Of a DNA stretch of 64,000 nucleotides, positions 18,904 to 29,239 are shown one piece after another. Position 1 is the stretch's first letter. Each line of letters opens with the position of its first letter. Source of the stretch: Acidobacteriota bacterium (GTDB taxonomy: Bacteria > Acidobacteriota > UBA6911 > JACQSX01); the NCBI GenBank assembly GCA_036505615.1, contig DASXTB010000409.1, forward strand, positions 4,540-68,539, written 5' to 3'. A program made the translations under genes and the position numbers. Below the pieces are notes generated by a model, which saw only the letters and a program-made list of their open reading frames with translations, ran no database searches and was not told the DNA's origin.

Positions 18904-19900
18904 CAGAATCGGTCTGCAGGCGTTCCAGTATGGAAATGGTTCTGGACCCGCGGTTACAGACAAAAACGTAGGCGTTGTCGCGGCTCACATGCACTGCAGC
19001 TGGTTTGACGCCGACTGCAACTTGCTCCAGCTCGGTAAATGACTCCAGGTCGAAGATTGCAACTTTGCCTTCCAGACCGTTTGTCACGTACAGATACTTG
19101 CCGTCGCCGCTAATCTCCATTGCAGTCGGGCCACTTCCGGTCGAGATGTGTTTGGTTTCTTTCTCTTCGTCCAGGGAAATCCGCACTACACTGTTGCGAG
19201 GTCCAAGCGCGAACAACCAGCGCTCCTGAGGATCGACAACCAGCGGTGTGTCCCTTGCCGTAACAACATTGAACGTACGGATCACCTTTTTTAGCGTCAT
19301 ATCAACGACGGCTATCTGTTGCATACCCACCGCAACGTAAGCTTGACCTCTCTGCGTCGCTACGGCCAAGCCCGCGATTGGAGAGTTAAACTCTACTTCC
19401 TTGATGGGACGGTATGTAAAGGGGCTGAGAAAGGCGAGCTTCTGATGACGGGCCAGAAGCACCAAGACCTCACGCTGGTATTGTCCGAAAAAGGTCGGTC
19501 CCCCGCCCAGTGGGATGCTGCGGGTAAAGCGGTTTCCATAAAGATCGATCAAGGAGATTTTGCGGCCGCTCCAGTGTCCGATCAGAGCAAGCTTGTCTCC
19601 CGGCAACACGTGAATAAACAGCAGTGAACCATCCAGCCGAAGACGGCTTGTCACCCTGCCCAACCTCAAGTCGTAAAATAGTACTTGATCATCTCCTGTA
19701 GTAATAACCAACTTCCGGTTATCGGGCGTCACCCAGCTGGCAATCGGAACTGATTCCAACTTTACTGTCGTGAAAAGACGATGAGTCTGCTGCGCGTTGG
19801 CAATGGACCAAAGTGCGAAGCTGGCAAGAAAGAATGAGGCTGGACCGTTGAATTTCGGTTTTCTGCGCAAGTCTTTCCCCTGGCAATCGTCGTCAGTCAT
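18878..19900 (-). CDS. Secreted YVTN-family beta-propeller protein
   Basis: Start taken at MTDDD...FFLASFALWSIANA (signal peptide). Repeats contain YVTNGLEGKVAIFDL and YVFVCNRGSRTISILE. Confidence 0.6.
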   Translation of the reverse strand: MTDDDCQGKDLRRKPKFNGPASFFLASFALWSIANAQQTHRLFTTVKLESVPIASWVTPDNRKLVITTGDDQVLFYDLRLGRVTSRLRLDGSLLFIHVLPGDKLALIGHWSGRKISLIDLYGNRFTRSIPLGGGPTFFGQYQREVLVLLARHQKLAFLSPFTYRPIKEVEFNSPIAGLAVATQRGQAYVAVGMQQIAVVDMTLKKVIRTFNVVTARDTPLVVDPQERWLFALGPRNSVVRISLDEEKETKHISTGSGPTAMEISGDGKYLYVTNGLEGKVAIFDLESFTELEQVAVGVKPAAVHVSRDNAYVFVCNRGSRTISILERLQTDSASSVISHR

Positions 19901-19929
19901 TCGGCATTGGCCGGATAAAAGCCGATCAC

Positions 19930-20025
19930 GACCACGTTCACGAGCAGGTCCACGCCTACGCGGACGAAAATACACAATCGCTCACGATTCGACTGGTCGT
20001 AGTCGTGGACGTTGACGTGTTAGCG
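19930..20025. repeat. Dispersed ~100-bp CACGNN-hexamer palindromic element, copy 1 (copy 2 inverted at 26397-26513)
   Basis: gtccacgcctacgcggacgaaaatacacaatcgctcacgattcgactggtc here matches the reverse complement of 26440-26490 with 2-3 differences. Confidence 0.7.
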
Positions 20026-20087
20026 GGCCGGCAAATCTGGTTTTTTTACCACATTTTCCCGGCGTATCGCCCCCGCACAGGTCCTCC

Positions 20088-20377
20088 AAAACCCGAAGGG
20101 TTTACAGAGTAAAGCCGGCGGCAAAGCCCGCGCCTTTTGCGGGCGACGCCGCCGGTTGGCCATCCATCCAAGACGATCCGCCCTGAAAGCGCCTAAGAAT
20201 TTTTCGCAAATTTGAAACCAAGCCCATTTAGTTCTTCGACCCGCTATATCTGTGGCGCTCAGGCTCTGCGACGCCTTCAGCGTCAGATAGTTTATGGAAA
20301 CGGTTAACCGGCGGCGACGCCCCGCAAAAACCGCGGGCTCTGCCGCCGGCTATACTCTCTAAACCCTTCGGGTTTTA
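20088..20377. repeat. Pair of ~75-bp inverted repeats flanking a 140-bp core (MITE-like or structured element)
   Basis: 20088-20160 (aaaacccgaagggtttacagagtaaagccggcggcaaagcccgcgccttttgcgggcgacgccgccggtt) is ~90% identical to the reverse complement of 20301-20377. Each arm contains three short hairpins. Confidence 0.65.
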
Positions 20378-20416
20378 CCGGCGGCCTCTTACATCCTTAG
20401 CTGCGGTTTGCGAACG

Positions 20417-21592
20417 TCACCGATAGAAAACTACCCGATCGCCACTCTCGCACTTTCGAAATCGGTCTATCCATTCAACGCACTGCTCCGCGTTGGCCGC
20501 CTGACGCACATCTATATGATTCGTGCCGTCCAGGTTTTGGCGAATAAAAGATTGCAGGACATGCGTTTCCCACCGCTCCTCCAAAGTTAGGTCCGAGAAA
20601 TACACTCTCCCGATGTCAGCAATAAGTTTCTTTCGTTGGTCGCTTCGACCGCTGTACCGAAAATCGCCGCCAAATTTGCCGCCTCGCATGAAAAACAGTC
20701 GCACTGCGTTCTTCTTCTCTGATGGAAGCACCAGAATTAAGTCGGACGCGCGGTAATACTCGGCTTGGCGCTCCCGCACTTCGAGCTGGAAGTTGACTTC
20801 AGGTCGCCACCTTTCGATGGCGCGGGCTTCTTCCAGAAATGCCTCCAATTCGCTGCCCAGAGACTGAAAATCCAATGAGTAGAGCCGCTGATGGATGCGC
20901 TGCAATTTTTCATCCCACAATTCACAAGAAACGAAATAGCTGCGAATGCGCCTGTTCAGGTTCTTACTTTTTCCTACGTAGAAGACCCTTCCCCTCTGGT
21001 CGCTCATCCAGTAAATTCCCGGGGTCTCGGGAATTGCCGCCAGCCATTCGGCCGAGAACCCGAAGCGACTGAAATCAATCTCACTGCGGCCGTCAACCAG
21101 CGTTTGCACTCGCTTCAAACCGCAGTTGTCGTCCAAAAACTGTACCGCATCACCCAGGAGGGCAGCGATTTGGTCCGTATTGGCTGGTTCCCGGAAGGTG
21201 CTACCCAGGCGCGCGGCAACTTCGGCCAGAGTTACTCGCCGCGCTGCTTTGCTGCGATTTGGAAACGCCGCGCGCCACAGTTCCTGAAACTCCCAGGCGC
21301 GGCAGTCCGCATCAGGCAGCCAGCCGGCTAACCGGCTCAGCAGATCGAGTGCAACACGCAGATTGGGCCAGCATATGACGCAAGACTGCAGACAACGATG
21401 AAACTGGACCGGGCCGTCCGACGCGCCGGGCTGCCCGCCAGGAGCGCTGCGCCTATCAGGGTTGGAGACGAGCGAAAATGGAGAGTCATCCCAGTCCTGT
21501 GCGGAAAGACACAAGCCTTCGGGAACCACCAACCGGCATGCAGCATGGCAGACGGTTCCTCCAATCCAGAGTCGCGCCAGCAGTTCTTCCAT
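20417..21592 (-). CDS. GIY-YIG nuclease-domain protein with uncharacterised N- and C-terminal regions
   Basis: Central GIYWMSDQRGRVFYVGKSKNLNRRIRSY (GIY...YVG...R motif). Start taken at the internal MEELLARL (21592) to avoid overlapping the divergent transporter gene. The ORF could extend to 21673. Confidence 0.5.
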   Translation of the reverse strand: MEELLARLWIGGTVCHAACRLVVPEGLCLSAQDWDDSPFSLVSNPDRRSAPGGQPGASDGPVQFHRCLQSCVICWPNLRVALDLLSRLAGWLPDADCRAWEFQELWRAAFPNRSKAARRVTLAEVAARLGSTFREPANTDQIAALLGDAVQFLDDNCGLKRVQTLVDGRSEIDFSRFGFSAEWLAAIPETPGIYWMSDQRGRVFYVGKSKNLNRRIRSYFVSCELWDEKLQRIHQRLYSLDFQSLGSELEAFLEEARAIERWRPEVNFQLEVRERQAEYYRASDLILVLPSEKKNAVRLFFMRGGKFGGDFRYSGRSDQRKKLIADIGRVYFSDLTLEERWETHVLQSFIRQNLDGTNHIDVRQAANAEQCVEWIDRFRKCESGDRVVFYR

Positions 21593-21635
21593 AAATTGCC
21601 GTGTTCCAGGTATTTGTCGGCGCGTGGCCACAACG

Positions 21636-22622
21636 ATGCTAAAATTCGCGGTTTGTTTTATGAAAGAATCCACCGATTACCCTGATTTCTCGAATGAGAC
21701 AACTAATGCAGCTTCCGCGCTCCGGCGTAGGCGGCAACACTGGTTGGCTGACGGATGTTTTCTGCTTATCACATTCATCTGGGGCTTTTCCTTTGTAGTC
21801 GTCAAAAATGCTCTGCGCGAAGTGCCGATGTTCTATTTCAATGCGCTCCGCTTCGGCGTTGCTACTGTGATTCTGATTCCTTTTACATTCAGGCAATGGA
21901 GAGCCTGGAAGCCATCTATTCTTCCTGGATCGATTCTGGCAATGTTTCTTTATGTTGGGTTTGCATTCCAGACGGCGGGACTGAAGTACACCACGCCTTC
22001 TAAGTCAGCCTTCATTACTTCTTCCGCAGCCATCGCAGTCCCCATCTTTCTTTTTCTCTTCTTCAGGAAGAAGTCCGATCTTTCCGCGCTTCTAGGAGTT
22101 CTGGTCGCGTTCGCCGGTCTTTACCTTTTGAGTGTTCCCTCAAACAATTTTAATCTCAACCATGGAGATACTTTGACCGCAATATGCGCCGCGGCCTGGT
22201 CGTTTCATATCATCTTCACGGGCCGTTTTTCTCCGTTTTATCCGTTGGCCGCGCTCGCCACTTTTCAGATTGTCTTGGCCGGAATTGGTTTTTGGCTGAC
22301 GGCGCTCGGCTCGAGTCAAATCGGGCCAGTACCTAGAACCGCCGTGCCGGCAATACTTTACGGTGGCATACTGGCCACCGCTCTCTGCTTCGGGCTGCAG
22401 CTCTGGGCTCAGCGCCACACGTCGCCCACACGCGCCGGCCTGCTGCTGACAACCGAGCCGCTTTTTGCATCTGCCACCTCCTACTTCTGGACGGGAGAAC
22501 GTCTCACCGGTCGCGAGGCCATCGGAGGAGCGCTGATCCTGGTCGCCGTCATTCTGGCCGAAGTTGGATATCAATGGCGCTTCCAGCATGGACGCTTCGC
22601 CGGCCAGGCAATCGATCTATGA
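21636..22622 (+). CDS. EamA/DMT-family transporter
   Basis: About 10 TM helices with duplicated EamA-like halves. The start could be 21636 or 21660. Confidence 0.7.
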   Translation: MLKFAVCFMKESTDYPDFSNETTNAASALRRRRQHWLADGCFLLITFIWGFSFVVVKNALREVPMFYFNALRFGVATVILIPFTFRQWRAWKPSILPGSILAMFLYVGFAFQTAGLKYTTPSKSAFITSSAAIAVPIFLFLFFRKKSDLSALLGVLVAFAGLYLLSVPSNNFNLNHGDTLTAICAAAWSFHIIFTGRFSPFYPLAALATFQIVLAGIGFWLTALGSSQIGPVPRTAVPAILYGGILATALCFGLQLWAQRHTSPTRAGLLLTTEPLFASATSYFWTGERLTGREAIGGALILVAVILAEVGYQWRFQHGRFAGQAIDL

Positions 22623-22717
22623 TAAAATTGTTTTGTTCCATACTGGTGGCCGCACTTTTTTTAGACAACGTTTTCGCGGCCCCACGCGTATAAATTATAA
22701 ATGGAAAATCTAAGCTT

Positions 22718-24352
22718 TTGGAGGAATCGATGAATACGAAGACTTGGGGCGATATCATTCGGGAGCGCCGGGGCTTGGCCTTTTTGATGCTCCTGCTTAC
22801 CCTGGCAATCGGTATCGCTATCGGAACTATTATCCAGCACGGCGCCAGCGCAAAGACGTTGCGCGACGTCCAGCAATTGAAGATTTCGGGAGAAGGCCAG
22901 CCTCTGGCGCTGGACAACCCCGTTTCTTTGCAAGAAGGTTTTTCCCGGGTGGCGCAAACCGTCGGCCCGGCTGTTGTCAATATCAGCACCAAACAGGTGA
23001 TCAAAGGCTCGACGCAGCGCAGGCGAAGTCCCAGGGGTGAAGCCCCTGACTTCTTTGGCGACGATCTATTTGACCGTTTCTTCGGTGCCATCCCCGACAT
23101 GGACCGGGTCCAACACGGCCTCGGTTCGGGCGTGATTGTAGACAGTAGCGGCTACATTCTCACCAACCATCATGTCATTGCCAAAGTCGATAAGATCACA
23201 GTGAAGCTGAAGGATAGTGAAGAATTCAGCGCCCGTGTGATCGGGGACGATCCGGATGCGGACTTGGCAATACTGAAGATTGATGCCAAAAAAACACTCC
23301 CCTTTGCCAAGGTGGGAGACGCCGACAAGTTGAAGGTCGGAGATTGGGTGCTTGCCATCGGAAGTCCCTTCGCCCTTGATCAAACAGTCACGGCGGGGAT
23401 CATTAGCGCCACTCACCGAACCATAGAGAGCGGAGGGGTGAATCCCTTTGGCGACTATCTCCAGACGGACGCGGCAATTAATCCCGGTAACAGCGGAGGG
23501 CCGCTGGTTAACATGCGCGGCGAAGTTGTCGGCATCAACTCTTTCATCACCAGCGGCAGCGGCGGCAACCTGGGCGTTGGTTTTGCCATCCCCAGCACTG
23601 TCTTTGTAAACAGTTACAACCAGCTTGTTACCAGAGGAAAGATGGAGCGCGGCTGGCTGGGAGTCACTATGAACGTGGCGCCCTTCACTCCGGAAATGGC
23701 AAAGTTCTTTGGACTTTCCGCCCGCCCTGATGGCGGATACGGAGTTCTGATCACTCAACTGGTAGATGAGCAGGGAAAGCCATCCAAGACGGCTGGCCCG
23801 GCTTCCAAGGCTGGAATCAAGGAAGAAGACGTGATTGTCGAGTTTGATGGAAAACCGATCAAGAATTCCTTCGACCTCAGGTCTGCTGTCGCCAACACGC
23901 CTCCCGGCAAGACCGTTCAGGTTAAGGTAATCCGCTTCGGTCAGACAAAAACCTTCAACGTAAAATTGGAAGAGCGCGTTCTGAGACGGTCAGATCAGGA
24001 AGAGTCCATTTCGACCGATGAGCGTCAGGAACTGCCGCGCGACAAGGAGATTGGGCTGCAGATACGCGACCTGACTCCCTCTCAGGCGCAGCAGCTTAAT
24101 ATTGAAGATGGCGGCGGGGCGCTAATTGAGGACGTAAGGCCTGGAAGTCTAGCTGATGATGCCGGTCTTGCAGCCAACTTTGCGATCGTGAAAGCCAATG
24201 GCAAACCGATTAAGTCGGCTCTTCAATTGAAAAACCTACTGAGTGGTTTGAGATCGGGTGAACCGGTAGTATTGAAAGTGGTTACTCCTCCTCCGCCGGG
24301 GCAGAGAGATGGCGCTCCGGGAGTTTTCTACACTTCTTTTGTGAAGCCTTAA
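22718..24352 (+). CDS. htrA: Periplasmic serine endoprotease DegP/HtrA (trypsin domain plus two PDZ)
   Basis: 544 aa. TNHHV (His), D in GDDPDADLAILKI, GNSGGPLVN (Ser). Two PDZ-like regions. SD GGAGG before the ATG. Confidence 0.9.
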   Translation: MEESMNTKTWGDIIRERRGLAFLMLLLTLAIGIAIGTIIQHGASAKTLRDVQQLKISGEGQPLALDNPVSLQEGFSRVAQTVGPAVVNISTKQVIKGSTQRRRSPRGEAPDFFGDDLFDRFFGAIPDMDRVQHGLGSGVIVDSSGYILTNHHVIAKVDKITVKLKDSEEFSARVIGDDPDADLAILKIDAKKTLPFAKVGDADKLKVGDWVLAIGSPFALDQTVTAGIISATHRTIESGGVNPFGDYLQTDAAINPGNSGGPLVNMRGEVVGINSFITSGSGGNLGVGFAIPSTVFVNSYNQLVTRGKMERGWLGVTMNVAPFTPEMAKFFGLSARPDGGYGVLITQLVDEQGKPSKTAGPASKAGIKEEDVIVEFDGKPIKNSFDLRSAVANTPPGKTVQVKVIRFGQTKTFNVKLEERVLRRSDQEESISTDERQELPRDKEIGLQIRDLTPSQAQQLNIEDGGGALIEDVRPGSLADDAGLAANFAIVKANGKPIKSALQLKNLLSGLRSGEPVVLKVVTPPPPGQRDGAPGVFYTSFVKP

Positions 24353-24381
24353 AAGACTTTCACACCAGGAGCGGATTAAAA

Positions 24382-24405
24382 GGGCGGGATCCCCCGCCCT
24401 TTTTT
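24382..24405 (+). terminator. Rho-independent terminator after htrA
   Basis: gggcggg-atcc-cccgccc followed by tttttt. Confidence 0.65.
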
Positions 24406-24534
24406 AGATTCTCCCGCGCTCGCTCACGCTCGCGGTACCGATTCTTCCTCACGTTCCAGGCCGAGCGGCGTCCCGTGCAAAAGAAATGCCATGGCGGGTC
24501 TCTGATCCTGTGAAACGGCGTGACAGAGGTCTGT

Positions 24535-24700
24535 GGCGCAAGATCCTCGGATAACTTGGAGAGTGTCTCAAGACAATGAACCACGGGGGACACTGGGAAC
24601 ACGGGGAGTTTAATGATTCCTTTAGCAATAAGATTTAGTGCTAATTTCGAAAGCCGTTGTGGTCCCCGTGTTCCCAGTGTCCCCCGTGGTTCATTGTCTT
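24535..24700. repeat. Giant near-perfect palindrome (~45-bp stem, ~55-nt loop)
   Basis: tgtctcaagacaatgaaccacgggggacactgggaacacgggga ... tccccgtgttcccagtgtcccccgtggttcattgtcttgagaca. Confidence 0.7.
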
Positions 24701-24781
24701 GAGACAGCCTCCTTGCCTCTTCCTCGATGACCCCTTAGACTGGTCGTTTCCAAGTAGTTTCTTGTTTCTGACTGAGAATCG

Positions 24782-26284
24782 ATGACCAGAGTACGTGCAT
24801 TTAAAAACTTCATCGATGGGGAATGGATTGCCTGTCGTTCCGGTCAAACCTTCGAAAACCGCAACCCGGCTGACCAGGACGATCTTCTGGGCCTGTTTCC
24901 GGATTCCTCAGCCGAAGACATCAACGACGCCGTCGAGGCGGCTGCTCAAGCTTACAGAAAGTGGCGGCTCTACCCCGCCCCCAAGCGCGCTGAGATTCTG
25001 TTCCGGGCGGCGGAAATTCTCGTCAAAAGGAAGGAAGAGTTCGCCCACGATATGACTCGCGAGATGGGGAAAATACTGAACGAAACTCGGGGCGACGTTC
25101 AGGAAGCCATCGATATGAGTTATTTCATCGCTGGCGAGGGGCGGCGCATGCAGGGCCATACTGTGCCTTCCGAACTGCCCAACAAATTCGCCATGTCGGT
25201 GCGCATGCCTCTGGGTGTCTGCGGGTTGATCACTCCGTGGAATTTCCCGATGGCAATCCCTTCCTGGAAAATGATTCCCGCCCTGGTATGCGGCAACACA
25301 GTCGTGATCAAACCTGCTGAGGACACTCCGCTGTCCGCTGTGAATTTTTGCCAGGCTCTTGCCGACGCCGGTATGCCCAAGGGTGTGGTAAACCTGGTTA
25401 CCGGGCTTGGCCCTTCAGCAGGAGCTCCATTAGTGTGTCATCCCGCCACAGCGATGATTTCTTTTACCGGATCCACTGAGGTTGGACGCTCGGTGGCCGA
25501 GGCGTGCGCCCCTCATAACAAACCCCATCACCTGGAGATGGGCGGCAAGAACATCATTCTGATTATGGAAGATGCCGATATTGATTTGGCGGTGGAAGGC
25601 GCCCTCTGGGGAGGATTTGGCACCACCGGTCAGCGCTGCACGGCGGCCAGCAGGCTCGCCGTCCACAAGATAGTGTACAAGGAATTCACCAGGAAATTTG
25701 CGGATCGCGCCAGAAAGCTTCGCGTCGGCGACGGCCTGGATGAAGAGGTGGAGATGGGTCCGCTTATCAACGCTGCCCAACTGAAGACCGTGCAAGACTA
25801 CGTTCGAGTAGGAAGAGACGAGGGCGCACGATTAATTTGCGGCGGCAGTGTGCTGCAAAAGGGACGTTTCAAGAAGGGCTTCTTTCATGAGGCCACCATC
25901 TTCGGGGACGCCGACCCGAAAATGCGCATTGCCCGCGAAGAGATTTTTGGACCTGTCGTGACGGTCTTGCCCATCAACAGCCTGGAGGAAGCTATCGAGA
26001 TAGGAAATTCGGTCGAGTATGGCCTTTCTGCCTCTATTTACACGCAGGATGTGACTAAGGCTTTCATCGCCATGAGAGATATGTTCACTGGCATTTTCTA
26101 CGTGAACGCTTCGACCATCGGCGCTGAAGTACATCTTCCATTCGGTGGAACGAAGGCCACGGGTAATGGGCATAGAGAAGCGGGTCACGCGGCGCTGGAC
26201 GTATTCTCCGAATGGAAATCTATTTATGTGGATTTCAGCGGGAAGCTGCAGAAAGCCCAAATCGATCAGATAGGGGAAATTTAG
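24782..26284 (+). CDS. NAD(P)-dependent aldehyde dehydrogenase
   Basis: 500 aa. [17 protein letters not shown] (catalytic Glu), [10 protein letters not shown] (catalytic Cys). Confidence 0.9.
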   Translation: MTRVRAFKNFIDGEWIACRSGQTFENRNPADQDDLLGLFPDSSAEDINDAVEAAAQAYRKWRLYPAPKRAEILFRAAEILVKRKEEFAHDMTREMGKILNETRGDVQEAIDMSYFIAGEGRRMQGHTVPSELPNKFAMSVRMPLGVCGLITPWNFPMAIPSWKMIPALVCGNTVVIKPAEDTPLSAVNFCQALADAGMPKGVVNLVTGLGPSAGAPLVCHPATAMISFTGSTEVGRSVAEACAPHNKPHHLEMGGKNIILIMEDADIDLAVEGALWGGFGTTGQRCTAASRLAVHKIVYKEFTRKFADRARKLRVGDGLDEEVEMGPLINAAQLKTVQDYVRVGRDEGARLICGGSVLQKGRFKKGFFHEATIFGDADPKMRIAREEIFGPVVTVLPINSLEEAIEIGNSVEYGLSASIYTQDVTKAFIAMRDMFTGIFYVNASTIGAEVHLPFGGTKATGNGHREAGHAALDVFSEWKSIYVDFSGKLQKAQIDQIGEI

Positions 26285-26396
26285 AGCGTGTAGCAGAGAA
26301 ATTTGTAGCAATTAAATAGGAGGCGGATTACACAGAAACAACTACTATTTGGTGAAATCTTGTGCTCTCGGCAAAATTTGGCGCTGAACAGCCGAC

Positions 26397-26513
26397 CACG
26401 TTCACGTTCACGAGCACGTCAACGTCCACGACTACGACCAATCGAATCGTGAGCGATTGTGTATTTTTCGTCCGCGTAGGCGTGGACGTGTTCGTGAACG
26501 TGAACGTGGTCGT
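26397..26513. repeat. CACGNN-hexamer palindromic element, copy 2 (inverted relative to 19930-20025)
   Basis: cgaccacgttcacgttcacgagcacgtcaacgtccacgactacgacc ... ggcgtggacgtgttcgtgaacgtgaacgtggtcg. The core matches copy 1. Confidence 0.7.
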
Positions 26514-26635
26514 TATCGGCTTTTATTGGTTTGCTGCTTTACCGCGCTAGGTCCCTTGGTGGTGAAGCTTTTTTCAGGCGACAAAGGACACGAAGGATAC
26601 AAAGGCGCACCAAGGGTCCGCCCCGGTTGCGAGCC

Positions 26636-29095
26636 CTACTTCAGTTTTTTCTTCAAAAGTTTCTCCTGGCGTTTTTGCTCGTCGATGATCTCCTTGCGGG
26701 TGCGTTCCTCGATTCGCTTGTCCTGGCTCTGTTCCTTATCATTGACGAAATCATAGGCCCGCTTAAGGGCGCGACGGAACTCGCTGCTTACCGAGTCCGA
26801 CTGCGGCACCGAGCCGACCACATGAGGGGTAATGAGAATAATCAATTCGCTGCGGCGATGCTTCTTTTCTGTCGTTCCGAACAGCGCCCCCAGAATCGGC
26901 AAGTCACCGAGCAAGGGAACCCGGCTTCGGTCCAGCGTGTCGCTGTCGCTGATGATGCCTCCGATGGCAATGGTATGGCCATCCCGAACGACCAGCGAGG
27001 TCTCTACGTAATTGCGATTAATGGTTGGTGTCAGAGTCGATCCGACGGCGGAGCTGACTTCAATTGAGAGATCCATGGTTACCATTCCGGAAGCGCTGAT
27101 ACGCGGATTGAGCACCAAGGTGGTACCGGTGGGCCGAAATTGGATCTGATTCAGAAACGCGGCTGGATTGCCGCTGATCGCCGGATCTCCGAACGAAGAG
27201 GTCGTGACCGGAACATCCGCGCCGATATTGATGTTGGCCTGCTGCCCGTCGAGCGCCAGCAGGCGGGGCGCTTCCAGAATCCGGACGTTGGTCTTGGTGC
27301 GCAGCGCGTTCAAAGTCGCCTCGATTTCCCGCGATTCGCCGATGATAAATCGAGTTGCCGCGTTGAGCGCGCCCGAAGGAGTCTTTTTGTCACCCACCGA
27401 CGCGGTCGTAGCAAGCGCCTGCTGCCGCTGCTCCAGGAAGGCGGCAATCCCGAAGGAGAGCTCATCGCGCAACTCGACGGAGTAAACCTTGGCTTCAATC
27501 AGGACCTGCCGGGGCAGCACGTCCAGTTGCTTGATGGTGCGCTCGATGTACTGATAGTCGGCTTCAGTGGACTGGATGATCAGGGAATTGTTGAATTCAT
27601 TGACGATGATTTTTACATTTCCGCCCAAGAGTGAACCGCCGCCGGCCTGAGAGCGCTGCGAGATGGGGCGCCCCTCCAGATTCGGCGCCAGCGAGGACGT
27701 CAGTCCTCGCCGCGCTCCCATGCTCTCCTGGGGGCGGATCGAGGACGGCCGCTGCTGCTGCGGGTATTGCTGCTGTTGGAGCTGGCCCTCGGCGGTCGCG
27801 GCCGACGGCAGCCCTGAACCGTCGCTGTACAACTGGGACAGAATGTCGGCGATGTTTCCCGCGGTGGAGTTTTCGACCTGATAGACGAACGTTTGCACGT
27901 TCATTCCGCTCGAGGGCGAGTCAAGCTTTTCCAGCCACTTGTGTACTTCGTCCAGAACATGCTGCGAATGCGCGATCACCAGAATTGAATTCAGCCGCTC
28001 GATGGGGATTAAATTTACACCGCTGCTGTCACTTCCGGCTCCAAATACGGCATTCAAATCCTTGGCCACATCGGCGGCTCGGTTGTAGCGCACCGGAATA
28101 AGCTCGGTGGTGTTGATATCGAACAGTCTTGAATCGAGGAGCTCGATGATTTTCTTGACCTTCTCAATGTTCGGCTTGAAGTCGGTGACGATCAGAATGT
28201 TCTTGGGATCATAGGAAAGGAGCGTCGCTCCTCCGGACATAAACTGCTGGATGATCGGATTCATTTCCGACGTGGGGATGAACTCAAGCGGAATGATGAC
28301 GGTCACCAATCCCTTTTCGTCCCCCAGGCTTGTAGGCCCCTGTACGGAGAGAACGCGTGGTTCTGCGGGAGCGGAAGCTGCGCTGCTCGGCGGCGGCGTT
28401 GTTCCCGAAGCAGGCTTTGGGGGAGGGGTGACAACCTCCGTCTTCTTCTTCAAATCGAGCAGGATTTCGTGGGGAGTCTTTATTCCCTCGGCAATGGGCA
28501 CGATCAGATAAATGTCGCCCGACTTAACGACGGCGGCGTTGTTCAGTTTCAGGATCAGTTCCAGCGTTGAAAAGAGATCCTCACGTTTGATGGGCTTTGA
28601 TGTCTGGATGTTGACCGTTCCATTGACCCCCGGATCAACCATGTAGCTGTAGCCCAGTTCTTTCATAATGACGTCGATGACTGTCGTCAGGGGGGCGTTG
28701 GAGAAGAGGAGGTTGACGCCTGCGGCCGAAGGCTGGACCTGGGTGATCACCGGACCGGTTGGCCTTGGCTGCTGCTGCTGTGGTTGCTGCGGCACGGACT
28801 GTTGAACCTGGCCCGGTGGCGGAAGCTGTACCGGCGCCCGCGAAGATTTAATACCGCCGATGATCCCTTCCAGGCCCTCGGTATTGATGGGCGTCTGCCG
28901 AGGGTCAGCAGCCGGCACGATTACGGTCCGGTTCTGGCGCGTCGTGGTTTTCTGTTGCTGGGCCAGCATTTCGGGAAGCGCCTCCGCTTGCGCCGCCGGA
29001 GCCAGGAGAAATGCGGCTGCAGCCACCAGCATCAAGGCGGATGTCTTCGCAGCATTCCAGGTTTTGGATCTCGAAGAAAGATTGTCCAGGATCAC
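26636..29095 (-). CDS. Secretin (GspD/PilQ family) with a long Pro/Gln-rich N-terminal region
   Basis: 819 aa. Signal peptide. C-terminal secretin domain (NVRILEAPRLLALDGQQANINIGADVPV...VVRDGHTIAIGGIISD...VPLLGDLPILGALFG...SELIILITPHVV). Confidence 0.85.
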   Translation of the reverse strand: MILDNLSSRSKTWNAAKTSALMLVAAAAFLLAPAAQAEALPEMLAQQQKTTTRQNRTVIVPAADPRQTPINTEGLEGIIGGIKSSRAPVQLPPPGQVQQSVPQQPQQQQPRPTGPVITQVQPSAAGVNLLFSNAPLTTVIDVIMKELGYSYMVDPGVNGTVNIQTSKPIKREDLFSTLELILKLNNAAVVKSGDIYLIVPIAEGIKTPHEILLDLKKKTEVVTPPPKPASGTTPPPSSAASAPAEPRVLSVQGPTSLGDEKGLVTVIIPLEFIPTSEMNPIIQQFMSGGATLLSYDPKNILIVTDFKPNIEKVKKIIELLDSRLFDINTTELIPVRYNRAADVAKDLNAVFGAGSDSSGVNLIPIERLNSILVIAHSQHVLDEVHKWLEKLDSPSSGMNVQTFVYQVENSTAGNIADILSQLYSDGSGLPSAATAEGQLQQQQYPQQQRPSSIRPQESMGARRGLTSSLAPNLEGRPISQRSQAGGGSLLGGNVKIIVNEFNNSLIIQSTEADYQYIERTIKQLDVLPRQVLIEAKVYSVELRDELSFGIAAFLEQRQQALATTASVGDKKTPSGALNAATRFIIGESREIEATLNALRTKTNVRILEAPRLLALDGQQANINIGADVPVTTSSFGDPAISGNPAAFLNQIQFRPTGTTLVLNPRISASGMVTMDLSIEVSSAVGSTLTPTINRNYVETSLVVRDGHTIAIGGIISDSDTLDRSRVPLLGDLPILGALFGTTEKKHRRSELIILITPHVVGSVPQSDSVSSEFRRALKRAYDFVNDKEQSQDKRIEERTRKEIIDEQKRQEKLLKKKLK

Positions 29096-29239
29096 TTTTG
29101 AGCTCCTACTGTGCGTTCACTCTTGTTGCCGGTGTTCATTCTCTGAACGGATACAACGCGTCCCCCGCGAGCCCCGATGTTTTCAGCGCAAGCCTGCCGA
29201 CACAATGTGAATTGCGCCTTCGAAATTTGACATTTTCCT

